Of a stretch of 64,000 nt of DNA, positions 54,803-64,000 are shown piece by piece. Positions within the stretch are counted from its first letter, which is position 1. Each line of letters begins with the position of its first letter. The notes under the pieces are model-generated. The model saw nothing but the letters and a program-made list of their open reading frames with translations. It was not told the DNA's origin and did no database searches. This DNA comes from an uncultured candidate division Zixibacteria bacterium (lineage in GTDB: Bacteria; Zixibacteria; MSB-5A5; UBA10806). The position numbers and the translations under genes were made by a program. Where the stretch lies: assembly GCA_963801605.1 (NCBI GenBank), contig CAWDFP010000011.1:128001-192000 (forward strand), in the 5' to 3' direction.

Positions 54803-56000
54803 CTTTCGTACCTTTGCTAAAAGGGAGATTCAATATTACTGTCGTACCGGATCCGATTTTTGATTCAATTCTGGCCTCGCCGCCGAGATAACTGAGGCGC
54901 TCCCTGATATTAAAAAGCCCGAACCTGTTGGTATTTGACGAGGTCGAATCGAGGATCCCGACATCAAATCCACATCCATTATCCGCCACCTTGATACGAA
55001 GGCGCTCGGCGTTGATTTCATAATCGATCGCAATCTTCGTTGCGCCGGAATGCTTGACCGTGTTCATGAGAAGCTCCTGGATGGATTTGAAGATCGTAAT
55101 CCGGCAATCATCATCTATTTCGTGGATTTCGCCGATTTTCTGAACTGTTATGGCGATATTGTGTTTTTCCCTGAACCTCTCTGCTAACCATTCCAAAGTT
55201 GCCGGCAGCCCAAGCTCATAGATAACCGGCGGACTGATTTCGATAGTCAGATCGCGGGTATATTTAATTGTTTGATCGAGTAATTTCATCAGGTTTTCGA
55301 TATTGCTTTCGAACCCGCAAAAAATGGCATTCCCCCGCAGGACAGAGATGTTCATTTTAATATAGGCCAGCGCCTGGCCGATATGGTCGTGCAGGTCTTC
55401 AGCTATGCCTCGGCGTTCCCTGGATTCTGTTAAAGAAAGCTCTGATGTCAACTGCCGAAGTTTTCCCTGGTACGATTCGATTTGCCTTTGTGCGTTTTGG
55501 CAGGCAGCGACCTGTTCCAGCAAGGCGGCATTGACATCGCTGAGTTCTCGGGTGCGGGCTCGAACCTGCGCTTCCAGGTTGTCCAGAGTCTGTCGTAATT
55601 CCAGGGCGGCCTGCCGACGTTGAAAATACGACCCCAGCATATCGGCTAACGATTCGATCAGGTCTCGTTCCTCTTTTAGAAAGGGACCTTCATCGGACGC
55701 CTGGCGCATTTCAAGATAATAAATCTCGATGCTGCCGATCTGTTCGTTTATTGTCGAGAAATACGCTTTTTGACTCCATTGAGATTCTCTGAATCGAGGG
55801 GTAACACAATATATATCCCCAAATTTAATACGGGCGACTGTAATCTCCGGATACTGCCAGGCCGGAGGAAGAAGCAGGGTGATTTTTTCTACTATCTCAT
55901 TGGGAGCCTTGGAATCATCTTGAATAATTCTCGCCACAGCATGGAGGGCGGTGAGCTCTTTGATTCTTTCCTGTAATTTGTGAAGGATATTATGCGTCAT
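54777..56000 (-). CDS. Cytoplasmic HisKA_3 histidine kinase with N-terminal GAF-like domain
   Basis: ERRGIAEDLHDHIGQAL, ELLMNTVKHS, DNGCGF and FGLFNIRER; no TM segment. Confidence 0.92.
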   Translation of the reverse strand: MTHNILHKLQERIKELTALHAVARIIQDDSKAPNEIVEKITLLLPPAWQYPEITVARIKFGDIYCVTPRFRESQWSQKAYFSTINEQIGSIEIYYLEMRQASDEGPFLKEERDLIESLADMLGSYFQRRQAALELRQTLDNLEAQVRARTRELSDVNAALLEQVAACQNAQRQIESYQGKLRQLTSELSLTESRERRGIAEDLHDHIGQALAYIKMNISVLRGNAIFCGFESNIENLMKLLDQTIKYTRDLTIEISPPVIYELGLPATLEWLAERFREKHNIAITVQKIGEIHEIDDDCRITIFKSIQELLMNTVKHSGATKIAIDYEINAERLRIKVADNGCGFDVGILDSTSSNTNRFGLFNIRERLSYLGGEARIESKIGSGTTVILNLPFSKGTKDGNSRNPG

Positions 56001-56456
56001 TAAATTTCTCCAGAAGTACCCTCAAGATCAATATAACCATACGATTTTATCAAAGCCATACTTTCTTACACCATATAGTCTTTGTCGTTAATTACAGTTT
56101 TTCAAACTTTTTAATAAGGGAAGTCAATGATAAACATTGTCGCTTTCAGTCATATTTTCGCAAGATTGATCCTTAAGAAATTCATATCAACCAAACTCTG
56201 GATAATTATTATTTAGCTGGCCTAATATTATGTTTTGAAGGTTAAGTATCATGAATTAAGAGGGAATTATCGCCATTATCATTGTTAGACTCTTTTGGTA
56301 AATAATACCCGGGGCTGTCATTCGGCTGATAAATCAGTTGTCTTTTGCCATGTAGGTGCTATAATTAAACCCGGTAATCGGGAAGTGAATTGATAGGCCT
56401 CTTTGTATTTGGGCCGGGCTGGTTATAACGGCTGGGTTTTGACAGAGGAGGATAAT

Positions 56457-57231
56457 ATGAATCGATCGTTAGAGGGAAAATCGTTTGAAATATAACGGAG
56501 AACTTCTTGAGACCTACATCGATAAATCGGTGGGAGTGATCAAACTCAAAGATAAAGTATTTGATATTGCGACAGAAATATCGCTAAAAGAAGTGTTTTT
56601 TAGCAGGATAAAGCTGGCCAGCTTGTCGCCCGAAATCAGGGTGTTGTTAATACTCAGTTGCAGGTCCGTGATGGGGGACGTAAAGCATGATCAATTCGTG
56701 AAATCGCTGTCGGGATCTCTCGATGGGGAAATGAAGCAATATCGTGAAGAGAATGCCTTGTCTCAGTTTATTAAACTGATGTGCGGTTTCGATAAGCTAA
56801 TTGTAACTGGAGTCTGCGGTTCGGTTATTGGTTCATTTCTGGGAGCAATCCTTTCTACCGACTACAGAATCGTTTCCGAAGGTACCGTATTTTCCTTTCC
56901 GCATATCAAGTATGAGACAGTTCCGCAAGGCGGCCTGGCCTATTTCTTACCTCGATATTTGGGTATGGCGAAAGCAAAAAAAATCCTGCTTAGCGGTGAA
57001 CCGCTTACCGCCTCCAAAGCCTGCGAATTAGGTTTAGTAGATGAGGTTGTTGCGGACGGTGTTTTCGAGGAAAAGTGTCTGGAGATTGCGGAAAAAATGA
57101 CGAAAGTTCCACCGGGAGTAGTCAGCATGACAAAGCGTCTGATGGGAATTGATGTCAAGGGATTGGAAGCATATTTTAAGATGGAAACCGAACTGGCGAT
57201 TTTGCATAAAATGAAAATGCCATCCGATTAA
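56457..57231 (+). CDS. Divergent enoyl-CoA hydratase/isomerase (crotonase-fold) protein; probable 5' indel
   Basis: LPRYLGMAKAKKILLSGEPLTASKACELGLVDEVV. GAGGAGG RBS precedes an ATG at 56457 that is out of frame with the main ORF. Confidence 0.8.
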
Positions 57232-57327
57232 AACGAGATGGAACTTTCGAATTATAAACGTTCAGTATTTGACTATATAGCCTAAAAAATTAATAGCAAC
57301 CCGTCCGCCCGGATTTTATCGTTCTAC

Positions 57328-58206
57328 TTATATTACGTAGGTAACTAACAGCACACCTATTACCGCCAGCCCCACTCCCAGAACCTTCCTGAAACTGAGT
57401 TTTTCATTTAAGAATAGAATTGCAAATAAATATATGAATATTGTGGATGTTTGATTTAAGGCGGCTGCAATCGATGTCAGAGTGAATTTCATTCCAGCTA
57501 ACCAGAGAAACATCGAAAGATAAGCTCCCATAAATGAGCCGGTAATTGTAAATCCCCAGGATCCTCGAATTTTTAAGGTTGATAAAATATCTTTTCTTTT
57601 TTTCATAAAAATGAAAATAATTAACAAACCGATAATCCCGCCCAGAATACGATAAGTCGATACCCAGACCAGGGGAGAAGCGTTGAGTATCGGTTTTATC
57701 ATCACAACCGCTACAGCGTTCATCATTGTGCCCAGGGCGCCGAACGTAACGCCCTTAATGAGGTTGCTTTTAGAATAACGGGACTTTTCCTTTGTATAGG
57801 TCGCGATTATGACCGCTGAAATAATCAACACGGCTCCAAACAATTGCGATGCGGCCAGACGCTCATCCAGGAAAATCATCGAAAGGACAATGATGAAGGG
57901 GCTGTACAGACAGGCAATAATTGCAGTGATTCCGGCGCCTACCGAATTTAACGCTATAAAATAAAAAGTATCAGCTAAGCTTATCCCCATAATGCCGCTT
58001 AACAGAATCAATGAATAATCGGAAATTGAGGCTTTTATAAAAAGGCTCTCTCCAAAAATATAAATCGTGGGAATAAAAAGCGCTATCGCCAGGAAATTCT
58101 TAAACAGATTCAACGCAATAGGGTGAACGCTCTCGCCGCTTTTCTTGAAAAGAACGACCGCGATGCCCCAAACAACGGCCGTAGCCAGAGCAAAATATTC
58201 ACCCAT
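57328..58206 (-). CDS. DMT/EamA family transporter
   Basis: About 10 TM segments in two repeats, with FLDERL and FLNEKL motifs. Confidence 0.9.
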   Translation of the reverse strand: MGEYFALATAVVWGIAVVLFKKSGESVHPIALNLFKNFLAIALFIPTIYIFGESLFIKASISDYSLILLSGIMGISLADTFYFIALNSVGAGITAIIACLYSPFIIVLSMIFLDERLAASQLFGAVLIISAVIIATYTKEKSRYSKSNLIKGVTFGALGTMMNAVAVVMIKPILNASPLVWVSTYRILGGIIGLLIIFIFMKKRKDILSTLKIRGSWGFTITGSFMGAYLSMFLWLAGMKFTLTSIAAALNQTSTIFIYLFAILFLNEKLSFRKVLGVGLAVIGVLLVTYVI

Positions 58207-58379
58207 AATCAGCGGCCCGCCGCCTGGCGCCGGTAATTCACTATTTTCAAGGGTTCCAAAATTCTAAATATCAACAACGGCAAACGCCTTAACTTAAAAT
58301 AATTATTTCAATCGGGATTAATTATAACCGATGCCGAAACTTCCCTGATTAGTTCGAAATAATACTTTAGTTTTATCGG

Positions 58380-58589
58380 TTAATCCTTCACTATTAGTAC
58401 ATTTACCGCTTTTGCGATAACTCTTACTTTATCGCCCTTTTTAAGCTTGAGTTCCTTGAGAGAATCAAGCGTCATCACCGAACTCATTGTTGATGCTTTG
58501 GGGATTTCGAGTTTTACCTCGCACATCAATCCACCCTTTTTAATCCCCTTGACCTTACCGATCAACTGGTTTCTTGCGCCGATTTTCAT
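58380..58589 (-). CDS. TOBE/Mop molybdate-binding protein (molbindin)
   Basis: MKIGARNQLIGKV..SVMTLDSLKELKLKKGDKV..KAVNV. Confidence 0.9.
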   Translation of the reverse strand: MKIGARNQLIGKVKGIKKGGLMCEVKLEIPKASTMSSVMTLDSLKELKLKKGDKVRVIAKAVNVLIVKD

Positions 58590-58765
58590 AAATGCTCCTT
58601 TCCGAACATTATTTTTCTCTGCCGTCTGCCTTTATAGCATCAGGCCTATTTGAACGCAATCCTAAAGAACGAGAATCTTCACGCGAAATAAACTCCGATT
58701 TTTTCGCACATAAGCCAAATCCCGAAAACAATGTCTTCGCATTCCAAACCATAAATTCCAGGCCC

Positions 58766-59284
58766 TCAATCGGAAATATAGCGTTGGTCTTGCGTAAATC
58801 GGTCAATATCGTTTTTACTTCTTAATATAATCAGATTACCGTTTAGGAAATATTTCTGAATCTTTTCGAACATTCTTGGATAATTATTTCTGCGAAAGTT
58901 CCATACCCACTTTATAAAAGGAATATCCAGTTTTTCAGGGCATCCCTGGGCCATATCGAATCGAACTTGTCCCCAACTGAATGTAATGCGCTTCAGGATT
59001 CGCCAGAAACAGATATATCGCGGGAAATCCAGAAATATGACAGTATCCGCACGCAATAATCTGATTTCGAGACTACTATCGTAAGTGCCGTCGATAATCC
59101 ACTCATCACCACTTGCCAATTCGCCCACCCGGCCGCGCCATTTATCTTTCGGCATTTCAACCCAACCGGGCTGCCAGAATTCTTTGTCGAGATGAATAAC
59201 AGGCAAATGGATTAATTTACCAAGCTGCACCGCCAATGTTGATTTGCCGGCGCCCGGACTTCCGATTATAAGTATTCGTTTCAT
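58766..59284 (-). CDS. P-loop kinase, DNA topology modulation protein FlaR-like
   Basis: IIGSPGAGKST, IHLDKEFWQPGW, WIIDG and MAQGCPEK. Confidence 0.85.
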   Translation of the reverse strand: MKRILIIGSPGAGKSTLAVQLGKLIHLPVIHLDKEFWQPGWVEMPKDKWRGRVGELASGDEWIIDGTYDSSLEIRLLRADTVIFLDFPRYICFWRILKRITFSWGQVRFDMAQGCPEKLDIPFIKWVWNFRRNNYPRMFEKIQKYFLNGNLIILRSKNDIDRFTQDQRYISD

Positions 59285-59553
59285 TAAATCCAGAATCAGG
59301 CACTATTGTTAAATTGTCAATACTAAAAATAACCATGCTCTTAATGTCTAATATTATTAGAGTATAGGTTTGAGGTATCTCATAGCGCCAGGAACAAACT
59401 ATTCTTCTATGTGGTTGCTCATTCAAAATGGTATCGTTTTATAATGATTGTACACAGTAGGATTAATTATGGCGCCGTTTTTATTCGGACGTTATAATAT
59501 TTTCGTACGGATAATATAATAATATCCGGGCCAATTCAAATATAGGAGGAAAA

Positions 59554-60159
59554 ATGTTTAAGAAAACAATTCCATTGATGGCAATGATTATTGTGATTGC
59601 TTCATCAAGCTATGCCGGTATGACAGGTCTCGGTTTTGGGATCCACGGCGGGATGGTTTCGGGCTACAATAACCTTACTTTGGAACAAAGCGTTAAAGAT
59701 GCTTACGGTGGTTTCTCGCTCAAAACGAGTATGCCGGATATCGGGTTCCATTTGATTGTCGGTACCTTACGGGTCGTCACAGTTGACGGCAGTATCGATT
59801 ACGGCTGGAAAAAGGCCGAAATATACCAGGGACTAAGCCTTACTTATTCCACTTTATCGGCTACGGCCGCCGTACGAGGTTCAATTCCGCTGGCTGTGGT
59901 GAGCCCCTATGCGGGAGTTGGTCTGGGATTATATCGCAACGCCTATTCTCTTTCCGGTGGGCCATTAAATCATGAGGTCATTGTGCTTCCATCTAAAGAG
60001 ACCAAAGTAGGCTATCTTGTTAAAGGCGGAGTCAATGTTAATATTCCGCTCTTTCCCTTTACACCGTTTGCGGAATTTAGATACAATCATATCCCGACCA
60101 GTGGCAAGGCAACCCACTTTTATCAGGTTTTGGCGGGCATAACGCTTAATCTGCCCTAA
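59554..60159 (+). CDS. Outer-membrane beta-barrel domain protein
   Basis: Signal peptide, SPYAGVGLG, PFAEFRYN and terminal LAGITLNL strand. Confidence 0.75.
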   Translation: MFKKTIPLMAMIIVIASSSYAGMTGLGFGIHGGMVSGYNNLTLEQSVKDAYGGFSLKTSMPDIGFHLIVGTLRVVTVDGSIDYGWKKAEIYQGLSLTYSTLSATAAVRGSIPLAVVSPYAGVGLGLYRNAYSLSGGPLNHEVIVLPSKETKVGYLVKGGVNVNIPLFPFTPFAEFRYNHIPTSGKATHFYQVLAGITLNLP

Positions 60160-60231
60160 AGTGGGAATTTGTAGCGATCGATTCCCACAATTGAAAAATA
60201 GCCGCGGACCCCAAGAACGGAGTAACACCCG

Positions 60232-61323
60232 GTGTTCATGAGAATGTTTTTCATTGCCTGGTCGGTATTGCATATCTATGTGTTCTGGCGTTTGACATCG
60301 ATCCCGATTGTTGTTCGATATATTCCACGCAAAATATTGATTGTAATTGGCGTAATTCTCTGGACCACAATTCTGTTGCGTCAATTTGCGAATTTGCCGG
60401 AAATTTTCGTGATGAATTGGCTGGGGATTTTATTTCTTATATTTGTCAGCTTTTTGGTGGTCGATATTATCACAGCATTCGGTTTTCTATTCCGACGCCA
60501 GGCGCCATCGTTGCGCGCTCTCGGACTCTTAGCAGGGGTTGTGCTTTCTGCGACGGCCTTGATTCAGGGAATGCGGCCGCCCGTAGTGCATGATTACGAA
60601 GTCCGGCTGCCCGGCTTGCCGGTTGAGGATGATGGTCTCGTTATTGCGGTGATATCTGATTTGCATGTCGGGCAGCTTTTGGACGGACAGTGGTTAGCAG
60701 CCCGTATCGCTCAGGTGCAGGCGCTGAAACCTGATCTGGTGTTTATATTAGGTGATGTTTTTGAAGGTGATAGTCAATCTGAGCGCCAGGATAATATGAA
60801 TTCGATACTAAAGGCTCTTCAGGCCCGTTATGGCGTCTGGGGGGTTACCGGCAATCATGAATCGCATGGCGGAGTAGATTCCAGTGTGCATTTCCTCGAA
60901 AGCGCCGGAGTGCGCCTGCTTCGCAATGAATGGGTCGAGGTGATACCGGGCTTGGCTCTCGGTGGTATCGATGACGGTGGGCATCAGGATTCACCGGGTG
61001 TAACGGCCGATCGTCTTAAACGTATACTGGCCGCAAAACCAAATATTCCTGCCGCTGTGTTTTTATCTCATCGCCCCCAAAATGCCGAGGAAATCGCCGG
61101 TTCCGGGGTAGGATTAATGCTGTCCGGTCATACTCATGGAGGGCAAATCTGGCCGTTCAGCTACATCACCGGATTAGTAAACCCGTTTTTGGCGGGGAGG
61201 TATAAGGTAGGAAGGATGTCGTTAATCGTCACTCGCGGTACCGGAACATGGGGACCACGTATGCGTCTTTGGGCTCCGTCCGAAATTCTTCGAATTACGC
61301 TTAAAGCAGATTCAGTTAAATAA
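60232..61323 (+). CDS. Membrane-anchored metallophosphoesterase (YkuE/YaeI-like)
   Basis: SDLH, GD, GNHE, LSH and SGHTHGGQ motifs. Confidence 0.93.
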   Translation: MFMRMFFIAWSVLHIYVFWRLTSIPIVVRYIPRKILIVIGVILWTTILLRQFANLPEIFVMNWLGILFLIFVSFLVVDIITAFGFLFRRQAPSLRALGLLAGVVLSATALIQGMRPPVVHDYEVRLPGLPVEDDGLVIAVISDLHVGQLLDGQWLAARIAQVQALKPDLVFILGDVFEGDSQSERQDNMNSILKALQARYGVWGVTGNHESHGGVDSSVHFLESAGVRLLRNEWVEVIPGLALGGIDDGGHQDSPGVTADRLKRILAAKPNIPAAVFLSHRPQNAEEIAGSGVGLMLSGHTHGGQIWPFSYITGLVNPFLAGRYKVGRMSLIVTRGTGTWGPRMRLWAPSEILRITLKADSVK

Positions 61324-61988
61324 TTCTGCCCAATAAAGCGCAGACGACGCTTGACAATATTCGGGAAATAATAATACCGAGGCTTTCAAAGTAATAATAG
61401 CCTCAGCGATAATATTTAGAGCCTCCATGACCGAAGATTGAAATCGATTTAATAAAATAAGCCCTATTTCCGACAGCTTTATTTACAAATCTATTTAAAT
61501 TTCTTTTTAGCTATTTAATTACTCAGAATAGCAAATCTTGATTTAGCCAAAAATCATCCAATAATCTTGGCAACCGGATATTAAAGCTCACTGCTTTTTG
61601 AGATAAAGCAGACCGATTTCCGCCGCATTTAGCGCCCCCCAAATACAAAGATGGAAATTGACAATTTTCCACTTAATTGTATATTAGTTTTGGCGCTTCT
61701 GTTTTACGCCTCAATTTGCATACTACGGCTTGTTTTGGAAAACTGATTGTTTCTGGAGTCATTAACCTGATTAGGTTCGGCACTTTCTACCCGGAGAAAT
61801 TATGAGGCGCTTGTTATTACCTCGACTGCTAATTTTGACTTCAAATGCTGCTTATACGCCCCATGCTACTGATGATAAATTTGCAAAATGAAAATATGAA
61901 GACAAAAATTGATGACCTCGAAAGGAGACTTTCGGAACCTGAAAAACGCTAAGTAGCTGTTGGTGAAAAAACAACTTTGGAGAAATTT

Positions 61989-63744
61989 ATGAAATTCTTG
62001 CTACCTCTTGTTATTGGTTTGATGCTGACGATGAGCGTTGTTGCCGTCGCGGGCGGCCCTGGGATGATAAACTATCAGGGACAATTAAATGACAATTCGG
62101 GTAATCCCGTCCCTGACGGAAATTACAATGTAGTTTTTTCGATTTACAACCAGCTTGCCGGTGGCTTGCCGGTTTGGGCCGAGACAACCTCGGTTACAGT
62201 TGTCAATGGTATCTTTACGAAGACACTTGGTTCCACACACGCCATCGCTCGCACTATATTTGAGGATGACCCCACATACCTGGGCATAAAAGTTGGAACT
62301 AACGCGGAGATGACGCCTCGCGCTCGCCTGGTTTCCGTTCCCTATGCCATACAGGCAAACAGAGCTGACACTGCCAGCGTCTCGCTCTCCGGCCCTGTAG
62401 GTAATGGCGGTTGGAGCTGATAACGGCAGCACGGTAACTTTGACCACGGCAACGGATAGAGTATTAATTAAATTCAACATCTACGACTGGTAAGCTGGCG
62501 TCTATTCGTCGCGGCACCGCAATTGTTGGCGAATGCAGCGCAATGATGGGCGCATCGGAATATGGAAAGGCATATGGCAGCTTTGGTCAGGGGTTCGAGG
62601 TTATGCCACAGGTCAAGCGGTAACGGAGTTATGGTATTGCGGACTAGCGCAACCACTATCGGTGTTTATGGCTTGCTAAAGATATTGACAAATGGAAAAG
62701 GGGTCCAGGGCGTTATCCGAGGGTGACGGTGACGGCGTTTATGGCGAGTCCCAGGGAACAGGGCGCGGCGTTGTTGCTCTATGCCTCGGGAACCGGTATG
62801 GGCCTGGTGGCTACTTCCGAACAAAGCATTGGCGTGTTTGCAACCTCAAACAAATCCATCGAGGGCATGGGTATATTCGGTCTGGCCAGCGGCAGCCACC
62901 CCACCGGAATCAAGGGTTACTCCAGTGGCACCTATGCTACCGGCGTTCATGGACAAGCCGCCAGCCGAGATGGTATTGGCGTTTATGGCCAGGCCGATAG
63001 CGCCGATGGTATCGCGGTAAAAGGCTCTTCGAATGGATTACGAGGAAAGGGCCTCCTTGGCACCGCATCCGGCCCCAGCGGCATTGGAATTTATGGTGAA
63101 AATACCTATAACAATGGCGTTGCTATAAAGGGCATAGCGACCAACGCCACAGCAGGCACTGGAGTTGAAGGCGAAGGTGCGTCAATTGGAGTATACGCCC
63201 ATGGTATAAGCGCCACCGCCACCGGAATAAGGGCTGTAGCAGGCGGTCCAAACGCTAAGGCGGCCATACTCGTAGGCAATTTACTTATGTATGGTGTAAC
63301 CTCAGGCGAAGTTGTCATGGAGCTCGGCGAGGGACTCGATTATGCCGAGGCTTTTGATATTTCCGAAGGCGTTGATATCGCTCCTGGTACAGTGGTGGCA
63401 ATCGATTCCAAAAATCCCGGCAAGTTGGCGGTTTGTCAGAGTGCTTATGATAAAAAAGTTGCCGGTATTGTGGCTGGAGCAAATGGCTTGGGCTCCGGTG
63501 TTCGTTTGGGAACCGGGAAATATGATAAGGATGTGGCCTTGGCAGGCAGAGTATACTGCCAGGTTGAAGCTCTGGATGAAGCTATCGAGCCGGGCGATCT
63601 TCTCACCACATCAGTCAACTCCGGGATATGCCATGAAAGCTAACTGATCATTTGAAAGCTCAGGGCGCAATCTTGGGTAAAGCGATGGAGCCATTGGCCA
63701 GGGGGCAAAAGGGAATGATTTTGGTGCTGGTAACTTTACAGTAG
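61989..63744 (+). CDS. Secreted Gly-rich repeat protein (adhesin/fibre-like), multiple frameshifts
   Basis: Signal peptide, INYQGQL..PVPDG N-domain, many G(V/I)YG repeats and C-terminal DYAE..IEPGDLLTTS..ILGKAMEPL..VLVTLQ. Confidence 0.75.
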
Positions 63745-63759
63745 GCGATGGAGGAAAAA

Positions 63760-64000
63760 ATGAAATTAATATTATTTTTAATTATCCTCTGCGCTTCGCT
63801 GTTTGCAATTGTACCCACCGCATTTGCTCAGCCGATCACCAGTCAGGAAGCTGCCATTGTGGCCAGCAATTGGTTGACTTTGGTATGGTCTAAGACCGGC
63901 GATTGGGGTGGCACAACAAGGCCCTCTCTAGCGAATGTGGAGGAATATAAGCGCGGAAACAGAACTCTGGGTTATTTCTGCAAAGTAAACCCAAGTGGAT
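63760..64000 (+). CDS. Secreted protein, N-terminal fragment; resembles the C10 peptidase (streptopain) prodomain
   Basis: RBS GGAGG, signal peptide AFA-QPITSQEAAIVASNWL..GYFCKVNPSG; truncated by the window end. Confidence 0.55.
   Translation, partial: MKLILFLIILCASLFAIVPTAFAQPITSQEAAIVASNWLTLVWSKTGDWGGTTRPSLANVEEYKRGNRTLGYFCKVNPSG

Noticed and set aside
61802..61952. Short ORF remnant with signal-like start and coiled-coil fragment
   Set aside because: Too short and broken to assign; it may be a decayed gene or chance.

Overview
This is a 64 kb chromosomal window from a Gram-negative bacterium of roughly average GC. An FCB-group or Zixibacteria-like lineage is an inference from gene content only. 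Many essential genes carry scattered single-base indels, which most likely reflects an unpolished long-read assembly. The housekeeping backbone is eno-ftsB-recO-glyQS, tRNA-Leu-tig-clpP-clpX, yceD-rpmF-plsX-fabH-fabD-fabG-acpP-fabF-rnc-etfB, engB-purA, trxA-ompA, mazG and tRNA-Ser. There are two accessory regions. (1) About 1.5-13 kb is REP-rich and holds an AT-rich solo TOPRIM-domain gene, DUF1428, YciI and DinB genes and four paralogous ~130 aa proteins. Several of these genes share a GGAAC-N18-GTT ECF-sigma promoter motif, and a signal peptidase I homologue here lacks both catalytic residues. (2) Downstream of tRNA-Ser lie an acr3-arsR-arsC operon extended by a Cys-rich secreted thioredoxin-like protein and a Cys-bearing MacB-type ABC transporter, two ICMT-family methyltransferases, kdpFABCDE, amtB with an outer-membrane barrel, a NarL-type two-component system and secreted proteins. 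The best candidates for undescribed systems are the extended ars/MacB module, the ECF regulon with the four-paralog array, the pseudo-signal peptidase and the solo TOPRIM gene. No CRISPR array, integrase or transposase was seen.
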